Shown in pieces: positions 18,446 through 32,842 of a stretch of DNA of 64,000 nucleotides (position 1 is its first letter; every line of letters starts with the position of its first letter). The notes under the pieces were generated by a model. It ran no database searches. It was not told the DNA's origin and worked only from the letters and a program-made list of their open reading frames with translations. This DNA comes from Octopus vulgaris (taxonomy: Eukaryota): contig OX597840.1 of NCBI GenBank assembly GCA_951406725.2, positions 2,542,001 to 2,606,000 of the forward strand, given 5' to 3'. A program made the translations under genes and the position numbers.

Positions 18446-18608
18446 AATTTGAGGCACTTATTTGTATTTCACACATTCATACACACAGCGAAATAATGAA
18501 ATAACATACAGAAAATACAACCATTCGTTCGCTCCATAACATTCAAATATTTAAGCACGCCTACACATACATATACACGTATAAATGTGTGTATATGTGT
18601 GTTTGTAA

Positions 18609-18648
<40 letters not shown>

Positions 18649-19286
18649 TTATATATTTATATATGTTTATATATATACATATATATATATATATATGTAT
18701 GTATGTATGTATACGCGTGTATATATAGATATTGCTCTGTGTGTATGTGTCTCTGTGTATGTATCTGTGTTCGTGTCTGTGTGTGTTTGTTTGTTTAGTG
18801 TGCCAAAGCGTGTATTATTTCTTAATAAACTAGCGCGCCTAATACAACAGGCAATTTAGAAATGGCGCCTGCAAAACATTTATGCTTCAACGATTTAATT
18901 TGTGCAGTTAATTATGTATATAGTTTTCAAAGAATGTAACATACACAGACGCACACACACACACATACACACATGCACATACACACGCACACATATATGA
19001 ACACAGAGAATAATAAGGATATATGCGTCCTTGTAGTTTTTTGAAATGTGACTATATACACATAAACCACACAACACATATATTAATATATATATATGTA
19101 TACACACATAAATACACACATACCTACAAACACTCATATATATATATATTTATATATATTTATATATATATATACGTATATGTATATATATATGTGTGTA
19201 TATATGTATATGCATATATATATATGTATATATTTCTATACATATATATATATATGTATGTATATATAGATATGTATACATATGTA

Positions 19287-19317
<31 letters not shown>

Positions 19318-19712
19318 ATATGTATATATATATATACACATATATATACGTATATATTGATGTATATATATATATATATACATGTATATATATATGTATA
19401 TATTCAAATGTACAAGAAGTACATGTATCCTCTAGATAGGTACGTATATATATTTGATTATACACATGCACACATATACGCATGTGTGTGTGCGTGTGTG
19501 TGACTTTGTTTGTGTGAGTGTGTGTGTGTGTGTGTGCGGGCGTGTGGGCATATATGTGTGAGTGTATGCGTGTTTGCGTGTGTGTATGCGTGTAGGCAAT
19601 GTACATATGTAGAGTATATCTTTGCTATTCTCTATATTGTTTTTTTAAAGCGTCTTAATATATATAGACACATACATAGATACATGTATGTATTTATATA
19701 TATATGCATATG

Positions 19713-19743
<31 letters not shown>

Positions 19744-19764
19744 TACATATACATACATACATAG

Positions 19765-19823
<59 letters not shown>

Positions 19824-20014
19824 TACATACATATATATATATATGAATATATATATAGAGAGAGAGATATATACATATATACATACATATATATATATGT
19901 ATATATATATTTATATATTCATATATATGTATACATATATGCACAGATACATACGTATATATGTATATAAATATATATATATATATATTCATATATATAT
20001 ACGTGTATATATAC

Positions 20015-20047
<33 letters not shown>

Positions 20048-20243
20048 AACACACACACACACACATATATATAGATACACTTTTCTTTTAGCCCTTTGAA
20101 TAAATATAATCGGCATTTCTGTGCCAAGTTTAAATATCAATGCAGACATTACTACAGGAATATAGATTGTCACACGCGCACACACACACACACAAACACA
20201 TACACACACACTCACACAAACACACACACTCATATGCATAATC

Positions 20244-20286
<43 letters not shown>

Positions 20287-20744
20287 TGTATTTATGTATC
20301 TGTGTTGCCTATGTGCATGTGTGTGTGTGTGTCTATGTAGTTGAATATATGTATATATAATGCACAGATTACGAACGCTTTGTTTAATGTCGTCTCTGAA
20401 TGATGTCGCCGTTTATATCACCTTCTCTGTTTGTTTTTTTTTTGTCATCCAGAATAAAACACGTAGAGGCAAATCTATGATGAAACATTTTCCGGAACAC
20501 GACCTATATTTTCTTATGTCTACCCTATTTTTTTCTGTGTATATAATATATATATTTTCAGATACGAATGTTCTTTTTGCTCTGAAGTATTTCTCCTCGA
20601 AACTTCGTATATGTGTTTACTCCAACATGCTGTGAAATTGAAAAAAATGGTCTGCGCTCTCTCTAGGGTAACCCTTTGAATACATAGGTGTATCAACTGG
20701 TTAACATTAGGCGTAGGAGTGGCTGTGTGGTAAGCAGCAGGGAT

Positions 20745-22670
20745 TCTTCGGAGCAGAAACGGCATCTACTGGAAATTATATTGTATGGTTTCGCATAACT
20801 TTCTATGGACCAATTAATGCTGCACTTCATTTTATCTACCTTCAGTCGTCATACAAAATCTGCCAGTGATGTTGAATGTCTCATATTGATTGTCTTAAAG
20901 CCAACAGCATGGTTACGATAACGATTCTTAAATGTATCATCCGTCTGTCCAATGTAAACATAGGGCCCTCCCCTTGTGTGCACGGTACATTTATATACAA
21001 GATTAGTACTCATACAGGGATTCTTCAATGGACATTTTTATTTTTCCCTGCATGAGCATCTATCAAATCTATTTGTATATAAGGCAGTCTCGACTCTATT
21101 TACCGGCGTCATTACCGTGCTAGCTGTATCATAATTATTTCCACTACTACAAATTGGTGGTATTTGGTGTTTATCAATGTGGTTTACATCTCCTTGGTTA
21201 GTAATGCAAATGCTCGCTAGAACCAATTGATGGGTAATTGTATCTTTACCGCATTTTGCTATTGTTTATGTGATGCATAAGCTGCTCAAATTAGTAGAGT
21301 TGGCGTAGGAAACCTTCACGGTGTGCCGATTAAAAATAGCATGATATAGATCTAGGAAAACGCTTATCGGAGCACCAAGAAATTTTGCAGTGATCTTGGT
21401 TGAGTCATGCAAACCGAAAATCGGGTTGAATCTGAGTCCTATATATGTTGTTAGGCTTATTTGATCGAGTGTGTTGTACAAGATTAAAACAAGCAGTTGA
21501 ATTATTATGTTTCGTGTGTCTATGAGTTTTCGTTGGTAGTTCATTGGTATGACCAATTCTTTCTGGCCTGTATTCTGAGTGAGTTCCCAAGCCGTATCAT
21601 GGTGGTGCTATACGATGTGCATCACAGTTGCAGGAATTACCAGTGTTGTGTATGCCTGCTTCTTGTATATATTGAATTCTTTCGCGGTACCCAGCCCTAG
21701 CTAGAGCAGCATTATAATAAGATGCCTGAGATTCGAAAATTTTATTTTTAGCAGATTATCTAGAGATTCTTGTAGAAATATTCTTAACTAGACCCCGTAT
21801 AATCGAGGGTGAATGGTTGGATGCTACATTAATGTACTTAATATGATCATTTGGCTTACGAAATGGTTCAAATAATCCAGTAACAAGACAGAATGTAGCG
21901 TCAAGAAAATTTACTCTACGATAATCTTTACCTATATTAAAACTTAGCCCTAAATTTTTGAAAAGTCTAAAGAAACATTTTTTATGTCTTTCTAACTGAA
22001 CATTACAACTTGTCTAGAAAAAATAAGTCGTCATCCTTTTATAAACCCCCTCTTACTTCCGGAAAGGAATACTGGATTAATGAGAGGATATATATATTCT
22101 GACTTGGACAGTAACCTGAGCAGAATCATATGAGCCCATTGCTATATCAAATGCATTCTCCCTATCTAATCTACTACGTATTCTACCATCAAATCTACTA
22201 GAGTGGCACGCGTGGCAAGTATAATATCTATTTCGCTTCGGGAAAAATCAGAATTTTTCCTGTTCAAAATCAGAGCTTGATTAAGGACGATCGGGTTAAT
22301 AGTGACATAATAGCTTTCTATATCTAGTTGCACGAATTTACTATTCTTGCTAATTTCTAGAAGCTTGAACCATCCAACCACCTCTTGGGCATCAGAGCAG
22401 AGGGCTAATCTAATTTTAGACTTAAGGACGGGTATTACCCTATCAATGATTTTTTTACTGATAATGCTTATATCGGATTTAGAAGGACAAATCAATCTAA
22501 TAAAAGGGTTAATAAAAAAGTTAGGTTTATGGTCCTTAAGAAACACCCGGTGTTTTCGAGGGACGTAGGGCTCAGTTCTATCATCTATGGCTAGATTTCT
22601 GACAATTTGTAGCCTTGTATTGTTAATTCTTTTTAATTTCTTAAATAATCCTTTTTAATACGTCGTTACA
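20745..22670 (-). pseudogene. Penelope-like element relic: reverse transcriptase plus C-terminal GIY-YIG endonuclease, with stops and frameshifts
   Basis: DDRTE..LKDHKPNF..RLICPSKS, LDIESYY, FDIAMGSYDSA, a broken YxDD, VNFLDAT..PFRKPND..SNHSP, IFNRHTVKVSY, and CSCR..CPL..C..VY..YIGQTDDTFKNRYRNH..CRFCSEE. Confidence 0.9.
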
Positions 22671-22697
22671 TACATATGAATATATATATATATAAAT

Positions 22698-22762
<65 letters not shown>

Positions 22763-22841
22763 AAAAGAGAGATACATATATATATATATATGTATACATG
22801 TATATATGGGTATATAGATACATAGGTATATAGTTACATAG

Positions 22842-22912
<71 letters not shown>

Positions 22913-23210
22913 CATACACACACATGCATACATGCATACACACACGAGTGCTACAGTCTCTTTAGAACTCTGTTAAATAGATAGAATTACAATGTAATGT
23001 AGAATATTGATGGCAGGATATTTGAAACGTTATAAATCCTGACGGCCATAAGACAAAATGTTGAAGCATCCCAAAACATTAAAATTGGCCTGATATTTCA
23101 TATAAAATATCCCTCTTGGATGTGCTAAAATTTCAAGAGAGAAATACAATCTTCGGTTGGCTTGGTTTTATGTGATTAAACTCTCAAATGAGGATCTCTA
23201 AAGAGCTCTC

Positions 23211-23614
23211 TCTTTTACTCTTTCACTTGTTTCAGTCATTTGACTGCGGCCATGCTGGAGCACCGCCTTTAGTCGAGCAACTCGACCCCGGGACTTATTC
23301 TTTGTAAGCCCAGTACTTATTCTATCGGTCTCTTTTTGCCGAACTGCTAAGTGACGGGTACGTAAACACAACAGCATCGGTTGTCAAGCGATGGTGGGGG
23401 GACAAACACAGACACACAAACACACACGCACACATATATATGCATATATACGACAGGCTTCTTTCAGTTTCCGTCTACCAAATACACTCGCAAGGCATTG
23501 GTCGGCCCGGGGCTATAGCAGAAGACACTTGCCCAAGATGCCACGCAGTGGGACTGAACCCGGAACCATGTGGTTGGTAAGCAAGCTACTTACCACACAG
23601 TCACTCCTGCGCCT
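23211..23614 (-). mobile_element. SINE family 1, full length
   Basis: Full match to the family consensus from head to tail. Confidence 0.9.
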
Positions 23615-23953
23615 GTGAATCTCGTTACGTAGATTATGTTCCTATGGGTGCGTACTACATGCTCTGGTTTTGGCGGTGTATCATTTTATAAGGAAATTGC
23701 TATAAGTGTCCCTGACTCTTACACCACACAACGCCTGCGGAATTCGTGCGTTGCACATCCCCATCAGAGAACATCGGTTCCAACAGGCGAAGATTACATT
23801 TGTAAATGTATAACACAAGAAGATGTGTACAAAGGTATGGTATTCAGAGATGGTCATACCTATATATACATGCATACTATATATATATGTATGTATGTAA
23901 CGACGTATTAAAAAGAATTATTGAAAAAAAAATTTAAAAGAATTAACAATACA

Positions 23954-24121
23954 GCGGGAGTGGCTGTGTGGTAAGTAGCTTGCTAACCACCCACATGGTT
24001 CCGGGTTCAGTCCCACTGCGTGGCATCTTGGGCAAGTGTCTTCTACTATAGCCTCGGGCCACCAAAGCCTTGTGAGTGGATTTGGTAGGCGGAAACTGAA
24101 AGAAGCCCGTCATATATATGT

Positions 24122-24201
<80 letters not shown>

Positions 24202-24249
24202 TTGTGTGTCTGTGTTTGTACCCCTAGCATTGCTTGACAACCGATGCTA
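23954..24249 (+). mobile_element. SINE family 1, 3'-truncated, expanded internal (TA)n
   Basis: Head and body match the family; about 70 bp of TA repeat inside. Confidence 0.9.
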
Positions 24250-24464
24250 TATTTCTCTTTTGGTGTCTTAACGGGTTTGAAAAGTATGTTTTACCCGAAA
24301 TATTACGAATCGTTACATGTTTCTAAGTTAACATTTGAATATCACCGTTATTACTGAGATGAAAGTTTCATATCCTCAACGTATATTACTATTCGCTTAG
24401 CCGTCTGAAACACAGATATTTTCATACACACGCAAACACACAAAAAGAGTCGCCTCCCAAGACA

Positions 24465-24664
24465 CAATGGCAGAATCGTTAACACGCCAGGCGAAATACT
24501 TAGCAGTACTTCTGCAGTTACGTTCTGAGTTCAAATTCCGCTCAGGTCGACTTTGGCTTTCATCCTTTCGGGGTCGATTAAATAAGTACCAGTTACGCAC
24601 TGTCCTTATTCTCTGTCCTTATTTTCCCCTCTTTGTCTATCTTCCTCTGGGCAATAAAGAAATA
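24465..24664 (+). mobile_element. SINE family 2
   Basis: tggcagaatcgtt..gagttcaaattccg..ggtcgacttt..aataaagaaata. Confidence 0.85.
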
Positions 24665-24697
24665 TATAATTGTGTGTATGTGTGTGCTTGAATTTTA

Positions 24698-25254
24698 TTG
24701 AGTTGTCCGGCAAGTTCTTGTCGATTTATAGTAGCTCACATTTCGACTTATTTTAGAACATGGTTGAGTCCATAAAATAGGGTTTGACTACACCTCCATT
24801 TAGAGCAGAGTTTAAGCTTTTCGTGGAAGAAGGTTTATGTTCCTATAACCTGTGTTAATTCTGTAACCCTTTAATATGGAAGATAAGAAAATTCATTTTC
24901 GGCACTTGATGCTTTGGGAACAAAAATTGCTGCAGATCGGCTGGGATGTGTTACCCCACCCTCCATATTCACCAGATATCGCTCCTTTGGAATTCCAGTT
25001 ATTCAGATCTCTGTAGAATTGTCTTAATAGTAAAAAATTCAATTCCTTTGATGACGTAAAAAGATATCTTGATGAATTCTTTGCCATGAAACCACCTCAA
25101 TTCTGGGAAGAGGGTATTTTGAAGTTAAATGAAAGATGGAGACGCATTGTGCAACAAAATGGTTCAGATTTTTTTGTTTAAAAATGTAATGGCAAGTATT
25201 TATTGACCTTTTTCTTTCCTTTAAAAATCGGCACGATCTTTCCGGACAACCCAA
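24698..25254 (+). mobile_element. Non-autonomous mariner element (internally deleted)
   Basis: ~30-bp TIRs (ttgagttgtccggcaag / ctttccggacaacccaa) with TA on both sides. The transposase N-terminus (KIHFRHLMLW) is fused to the C-terminus (WDVLPHPPYSPDIAP). Confidence 0.9.
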
Positions 25255-25796
25255 TACATGCTTTCCCTCTATTATTAATGTTGTTTGTCGCTTTTTAAGG
25301 GAGTCATTAAATGAGAGTTTGGTCGATTTATTCGACTAAATCCATTCAACGCTCTGTATCTACTTGACCGTATTGTAACGATTGCAAGTGGAAAATGAAA
25401 AAAATAATATAAGCATGATTCGAAGGTGATTATATGGTGTTACGTAGTCGAAAGAGCTAATATTTAGAGGATATCTTATGGCTTCACATATTTCATTATC
25501 TGTGTATGAAATTATTTAAAGTGGTTGTTTGTGACAATTTATTAATATTTATATGCGGTTCGTTGTCAAATGTGAAACACAAGAATTAGTAACAAGTTAA
25601 AGAATCAGATAAGAAACTATATCAAGACAACACCTATATATCAAACGGAACGAGAGAACGTAATCCGTGGATACGCAGTACCTATATATCACACTGGAAG
25701 TCGACGAATTTTAATATCGTAGCGAGACCCACAACTATAGACTAATCAACTCACCGAAAGACAAATTAGATACAGTGAACAAAATTATCGTAGGAA

Positions 25797-26142
25797 ATGC
25801 TTCCATATTCACCAGATACTGCTCCTTCGGATTTCCATTTTTTCAGGTCTCTGCAGAATAGTCTTAATTGTAAAAATTTCAATTCCTTGGATAACATAAA
25901 AAGATACCTTGATGAATTCTTTGCCATGAAACCACTTCAATTCTGGGAAGAGGGAATTTTGAAGTTAAATGAAAGATGGAGACACATTGTGCAACAAAAC
26001 GGTTCATATCTGGTTAATTAAAAATGTAATGGCAAGTATTTATTGACCTTTTACTTTCTTTTAAAAATCAGCACGAACTTTCCGGACAACCTAAAACATG
26101 CTTTCCCTCTATTATTCATGTTGCTTGTCGCTTGTTAAGGGA
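25797..26142 (+). mobile_element. Local duplicate of the mariner 3' half plus ~45 bp of its flank
   Basis: PYSPDTAPSDFHFFRSLQN..ERW. The sequence after the TIR (catgctttccctctatt..) also matches 25257-25302. Confidence 0.85.
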
Positions 26143-26590
26143 ATTATAAACTATATAAACTATATCAAGACAACACCTATATATCAAACGGAACGAGAGA
26201 ACGTAATCCGTGGATACGCAGTACCTATATATCACACTAGAAGCCGGCGAATTTTAATATCGTAGCAGACCCACAAGTATAGACTAATCAACTCACCGAA
26301 AGACAAATTAGATACAGTGAACAAAAATATCGTTGGAAATGGCATCTAGGAAATTAGACAAGTGACAGAGACGAATGTAATGGAACAACCTGACATTCGA
26401 CTTTGACACATTCAATGACACAAAGAATAAAAATATAGAAAAAGAAAAGGCAGATAATTCCATGTTGTAGTTTCTACGCGTTGATCGAAAAAAAGAAAAA
26501 AAATTCTCCTGATATAATTATTGGATATTTGCAAAAAAGTTTACACTTGTACGAATACGCATTGTAATGCAATTGTAAAATATTAACCTG

Positions 26591-26745
26591 TAGGCGCGGG
26601 AGTGGCTGTGTGGTAAGTAGCTTGCTTACGAACCACATGGTTCCGGGTTTAGTCCCACTGCGTGGCATCTTGGGCAAGTGCCTTCTACTATAGCCTCGGG
26701 TCGACGAAAGCCTTGTGAGTGGATTTGGTAGACGGAAACTGAAAG
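26591..26745 (+). mobile_element. SINE family 1, 5' part
   Basis: Head match; truncated at the inverted arm that starts near 26757. Confidence 0.85.
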
Positions 26746-26756
26746 AGGAAAAACTT

Positions 26757-27327
26757 AAGTTATAGTTAGTTTCGATGTGATACCAATAGAGAGTGAAGTC
26801 GAGGAAAGGAAATAGATGTAGGATATGCATGGATATTGAATTTGTAAATTCGTTTTATATGCATAATGGTATATATGCAATATTCAAATATCCTTTGAGT
26901 AAAATCCAAAAGTCCAACAGAGTTTAATATGATTCCATCAAAATATAGAGTTTATAAGCAACGTAAGATTCTCTTAAACTTGGTCATTCCCAGTAGGGAA
27001 TTTATATAGAATGTAGCCGAGTCAAGGTTTGTATTCAAATTGACCATTATATGCATTATGGTATATATTGCATATATAACATTATGCATATAAAACGGAT
27101 TTACAAATTCAATACCCATACATATCTTACATCTATTTTCTTTCCTCCACCTCACTCTCTATTTGTATCACATCGAAAGTAACTATAACTTTTTTTTTTC
27201 CTCTCACACCGTCTCAGATGAAGGGATATTATTAAATATCCTAGAAACAGCTGTAAAATCTTCTATCAATAAATGCTCTAATATTTATACAGCCTTAGTT
27301 TTTTATTTTATTACGCAAAAAAATCTT
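26757..27327 (+). mobile_element. PLE-derived element with ~130-bp inverted arms and a degenerate hammerhead
   Basis: 26757-26884 is an inverted copy of 27065-27190. This is followed by CAGATGA a gggatatt..aatatcct a GAAAC AGCT GTA, then AATAAA and (TA)n. Confidence 0.6.
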
Positions 27328-27354
27328 ATATATATATATTATATATATATATAT

Positions 27355-27416
<62 letters not shown>

Positions 27417-27623
27417 CTCGTTGTCAACTATGAAACACAAGAATTAGTAACAAGTTAAAAATCGGAAAAGAAACCAAGACAACACCTATATATCAAACGG
27501 AGCGAGAGAACATAACCCGTGGATACGCAATACCTATATATCGATTTAAAGATATAGTCACGAAACGCGCGTAGTCAATTTAATATTTATTTAATTTAGT
27601 GATTTTTAGAATAATATTTATTA

Positions 27624-28049
27624 TAGGCGCAGGAGTGGCTGTGTGGTAAGTAGCTTGTTTACCAACCACATGGTTCTGGGTTCAGTCCCACTGCGTGGCA
27701 ACTTGGGCAAGTGTCCTCTACTATAGCCTCGGGCCGACCAAAGCCTTGTGAGTGGAATTGGTAGACGGAAACTGAAAGAAGCCCGTCGTATATATGTGTA
27801 TATATATATGCGTGTGTGTGTTTATGTGTCTGTCTTTGTCCCCCTAGCATTGCTTGACAACTGATGCTGGTGTGTTTATGTCCCCGTTACTTAGCGGTTC
27901 GGCAAAAGGGACCGATAGAATAAGTACTGGGCTTACAAAAGAATAAGTCCTGGGGTCGAGTTGCTCGACTAAAGGCGGTGCTCCAGCATGGCCGCAGTCA
28001 AATGACTGAAACAAGTAAAAGAGTAAAAGATTAAAAGATTAAAAGAGTA
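27624..28049 (+). mobile_element. SINE family 1, full length
   Basis: Complete head, body and tail. Confidence 0.9.
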
Positions 28050-28172
28050 TAATATATTTAAATTTTTTCTGTGTGATTTATTATAATTAATATCTTTCAC
28101 TATCAATTAAATTACTTAATAGAGTTTAATTATATATGTTTGAGTGTTTGTGTGTGTGTGCGTGTGTGTGTT

Positions 28173-28216
<44 letters not shown>

Positions 28217-28439
28217 TGTGCTTGTGTGACTGTGTACCCCCCCCCCATGGAATAGGAAATGGGATTACAATGAATCAATCCTGGGGTCTATTTGTTTGAC
28301 TAAAAGCGGTGCTCCAGCATGGTCGCAGTCAAATGACTGAATCAAGTAAAAGAGTAAAGTGTAAGATTAAACTACTGTTAGTCAATCTCTTAAACATATT
28401 ACTGAAGCTAGCTATGACTATTTATTAACCTTATAAACA

Positions 28440-28760
28440 GGGATTCCGTTGAGTACGATGACAAGCGTGGGAGTTAATTCGATCGACAGAACAACCTGCT
28501 CGTGTAATTAGCGTTCAAGTGCTTGAGGCCTTTACAGATATGCTTACCTCTAACGTAGATCTGAGTTGAGATTCAGTGTGACTCAGAATGTGATAATTCT
28601 GGGGTTTTTGAAACTCGGCCACAGCTCATTTTTGCCAGCTGCTTTGACTGGAGCAACTAGAAATAGTGTGTCTTGCTCAAGGACACAACGTACCGCCAGG
28701 AATTGACCTTATGACCTTACGATCGTGAACGAAATACGCTCGCGACTTAGCCACGCACCA
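28440..28760 (-). mobile_element. Diverged SINE, body X + tail Q
   Basis: Head and body match 39548-39695. Tail matches 5990-6160. Confidence 0.7.
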
Positions 28761-28806
28761 TCATGTTATTCATATATAAAACCGATAGAATGATGTATAT
28801 AAACAA

Positions 28807-29359
28807 TAGGCGCAGGAGTGGCTGTGTGGTAAGTAGCTTGCTTACCAACCACATGGTTCCGGGTTCAGTCCCACTGCGTGGCAACTAGGGCAAGTGCCTT
28901 CTGCTATAGCCTCGGGCCGACCAAAGCCTTGTGAGTGGATTTGGAGCCATTTCCTACGATATTTTTGTTCACTGTATCTAATTTGTCTTTCGGTGAGTTG
29001 ATTAGTCTATAGGAAAATGAAAGAAGCCTGTCGTATATATGTATATATGTATATATGTATATATATATGTATATATATGTATATATACGATTAGTCTATA
29101 GGAAATTGAAAGAAGCCTGTCGTATATATGTATATATATATATGTGTGTGTGTGTCTGTGTTTGTCCCCTAGCATTGCTTGACAACCGATGCTGGTGTGT
29201 TTACGTCCCCGTCACTTAGCGGTTGGCAAAAGAGACCGATAGAATAAGTACTGGGCTTACAAAAAGAATAAGTCCCGGGGTCGAGTTGCTCGACTAAAGG
29301 CGGTGCTCCAGCATGGCCGCAGTCAAATGACTGAAACAAGTAAAAGAGTAAAAGAGTAA
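28807..29359 (+). mobile_element. SINE family 1 with a foreign inverted insert and an internal duplication
   Basis: Family consensus is interrupted at 28945-29012; the segment starting at 29001 is repeated at 29090. Confidence 0.9.
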
Positions 29360-29364
29360 ATTAT

Positions 29365-29950
29365 TCAGACAACTTACCTTCAACAGAGAAGAATCTTCTG
29401 TGCACAAGATGCTGATCAATTTCTACAATATAATCCGACAAAGTGGCCTTCCACGAAACAGCCATTCAGAAATCGTTGTCTAAAAGAACGCAGAATACAA
29501 GGCAGATGAGACAAAATGAACTAGAAATCATAGCGAAGAAGTAAAATTAAGAGCTTTTGGTTCAAATTGTCCTTTGATTTATATATCAATCTTCCTAATT
29601 TTAAGTCATTCGCAACCGACACAATTTGTAAAAGGCTGCTCAACAGAAACAAACTAAAAAATAGTTACAGCTGCACAAGAAAACAAACAGAATTTCCGAC
29701 CTATAAATAACTATACACAGTCAATAAAAGATGGATCTGAAATACATCAAAGTCATGGTATTTATCCTGGAAATTGTCAAAAGGAAATAGTCTCTAAAGC
29801 AATATTAATGCATTAAGATGAAACCAAAAAAAAAATTATTTGTTTGGAACAAAATACGCACAACATATGTATTCGTTCCCCAACAGATAGGGGGAAAATA
29901 TAACGTGAATATCATAGCACATTTGAAACTAATGGATAACTGTATGAGCA
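29365..29950 (+). pseudogene. Very degenerate Penelope-like thumb/GIY-YIG fragment
   Basis: Remnants WF, LNRNKLKNSYSC (compare IFNRHTVKVSY in the 20745 element) and GNC..IV.KA. Confidence 0.45.
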
Positions 29951-30059
29951 TATGTATAGAGACGGGATTACGTTGATAATTTTACCATGCGTATAAAAGG
30001 TTTCCGAATATGTTCCATGTACAGCGCGAAAATAGGCGACATAATTACGCAAGGATATA

Positions 30060-30892
<833 letters not shown>

Positions 30893-31130
30893 ATGGCAGG
30901 TTTGCTTGGGAGGTTAATCAGGTGGCAACAGTGAGTAAAAATCTTGAGAAGTACATGGAAAAAATAGGGGCTGCAATCAGGATGGAGTACTTGCAGAAAA
31001 CAGCTCTGCTTGGAACCACTAGAATACTCTGGAAGGTGCTCGAAAAATAAGGGGTTTTACCATAGTTCACTGGTAGTGAACAGCTGACACTATAGTACAT
31101 CTCCAGCGTTAGAAACTGTGCAAAGGCGAT
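30893..31130 (+). mobile_element. R4/Dong-like LINE 3' end within (AAT)n
   Basis: TVSKNLEKYMEKIG..EYLQKTALLGTTRILWKVLEK*, a short UTR, then AAT repeats. Confidence 0.75.
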
Positions 31131-31149
31131 AATAATAATACTGCTAATA

Positions 31150-32041
31150 ATAATATTTTAAAAAGGATTGACTTAACTCTTCACGAAGGTAAACAGTCAA
31201 GACGATGAGCGCGATTCGATTGTAAGATATTTTATTATTTGAACGATATTTCGACAGTAAGTTTGTCTTTGTCAAGTTCAAAATAAGGAGTGATAAAAAT
31301 TCAAAATTAAAGACATTTAAACGTAAAGTATGAACGAGAGAAACCGGCTTCAACACGTTGATGGAATGACATCATCAGGTTTAAGTTACAATTTTATAAC
31401 AGGCGACAAGAAAAGACAGAAAAAAAAGCAGAAAGAATATTTCAGAAAAAAAGGAAAGGAAAAGAGAGAAAGAAGAATATTTAATCAAACAGTTTTGTAT
31501 AAATTTGATGATATTCTCCTGTCATTTTATTCATTCCTCCAGGGCGTGATGTTAATAACTCGCAAACATATTTCTCTTCATGCATTCTGAGAAGTGAAAG
31601 CGAAGCAGATTCAGAATATTTTCTGAGAACATGCACTTTCAAGTCTTCTTCAAAATTGCAGCCGCTTGAAACGAAATGTTCAACAAGTTCTCTCGAACTA
31701 TTGCTATTGTGCCTGACGCCGAATCTGTTCCCATTAAACCTTTTGTTTAATTGTTTGTTGTACAACCAACATAAATTGTGTTTCGTGCATTCTGCCGCGT
31801 ACACTGAATGGGAATCTTTACATGTTCCGTATTCTGTATAAATCATAACATTTCTGTTATTCTTCCTGATTGAATGTACTTGACTCATATTGTTGCACAA
31901 TGAACAGGGCTTACCTCTCTTGCGGCTGTTCTTTAAGGTACAGCGTGCAGATACTCCATTGTTCGCTTTCTTGGAGTCAGAAAAAGAGCTCAGTAATTCT
32001 CTTATTATTCTCTGATGACCACAATAGCACAAATGCAGCAA
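31150..32041 (-). mobile_element. Penelope-like element 3' end: Cys-rich linker plus GIY-YIG endonuclease remnant and pLTR with hammerheads
   Basis: ORF 31481-32041 has RGKPCSLC, TCKDSHSVYAAEC, LNKRFNG.R, EHF..C, DLKVHVL and EE..L..PGGMN; the YIG half-motif is disrupted. Hammerhead-like motifs lie downstream. Confidence 0.85.
31237..31282 (-). ncRNA. Minimal hammerhead, U3-A8 variant
   Basis: tttgaac TTGACAA a gaca aacttac tgtc GAA ATAT C gttcaaa: 7-bp stem I, 4-bp stem II and palindromic stem III. Confidence 0.65.
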
Positions 32042-32130
32042 TTCGGGGATTATGTCTATTACGTCGACGCGAGTGCTCGACTGGGACTTATTTTATCGGC
32101 CCCAGAAGGATAAAAGGCAAAGTCGACCTC

Positions 32131-32541
32131 TTTTACTCTTTTACTTGTTTCAGTCATTTGATTGCGGCCATGCTGGAGCATCGCCTTTCGTCGAGCAAAT
32201 CGACCCCGGGACTTATTCTTTGTAAGCCCAGTACTTATTCTATCGGTCTCATTTGCCGAAGCGCCAGGTGACGGGGACGTAAACACACCTGCACCGGTTG
32301 TCAAGCAATGCTAGGGGGACAAACACAGACACACAGACATATACACACACATACATATATATATATAAATATATACGACAGGCTTCTTTCAGTTTCCGTC
32401 TACCAAATCCACTCACAAGGCTTTGGTCGGCTCGAGGCTATAGCATAAGACACTTACCCAAGATGCCACGCAGTGGGACTGATCCCGGAACCGTGTGGTT
32501 GGTTAGCACGCTACTTACCACACAGTCACTCCTACACCTAG
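32131..32541 (-). mobile_element. SINE family 1 nested inside a family 2 copy (32060-32625)
   Basis: The family 2 sequence breaks after aaagtcgacct and resumes at ggtggaattt. Confidence 0.85.
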
Positions 32542-32639
32542 GTGGAATTTTAACACAGAACGTGAAGATGGGTGAAAAGCCACCGAGAGTTTTACCCGGA
32601 GTGCTAACGGTTCTGCTACCTCACCGTAATAGCAATAAT

Positions 32640-32842
32640 AAGGGTTTCAAATTTTGCTACTAAGGCTAGCAATTTCCGGGAAAGGGATAAGTCGATTACA
32701 TGGACGCTAGTGAACGTCCAGTACGTATTTTATCGACCCTGAAAGGTTGAAAGGCAAAGTCGACCTCAACGGAATTTGAACTCAGAATGCGCAAACTAAG
32801 CATTTCGTCCGACGTGCTAAAATGTTTGCCAGCTCAACGCTT
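32640..32842 (-). mobile_element. SINE family 2-related copy
   Basis: aaaggcaaagtcgacctc..ggaatttgaactcagaa..tgccagctc. Confidence 0.75.

Noticed and set aside
20820-21045. In-frame stops in the PLE endonuclease as possible selenocysteine codons
   Set aside because: One is TAA and the TGA falls at an expected Trp position. The element also has frameshifts, so these are decay.
24698-25254. Mariner derivative has the same length (557 bp) as the hammerhead tandem unit
   Set aside because: There is no sequence similarity; the match is a coincidence.
27624-27700. tRNA-like sequences at SINE heads (also 39548 and 63444)
   Set aside because: They continue into repeat bodies and lack a proper acceptor stem, so they are SINE heads rather than tRNA genes.
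31335-31385. Second CTGATGA motif in the PLE 3' region (minus strand)
   Set aside because: GAAG replaces GAAA and stem II is poor; probably a decayed copy.
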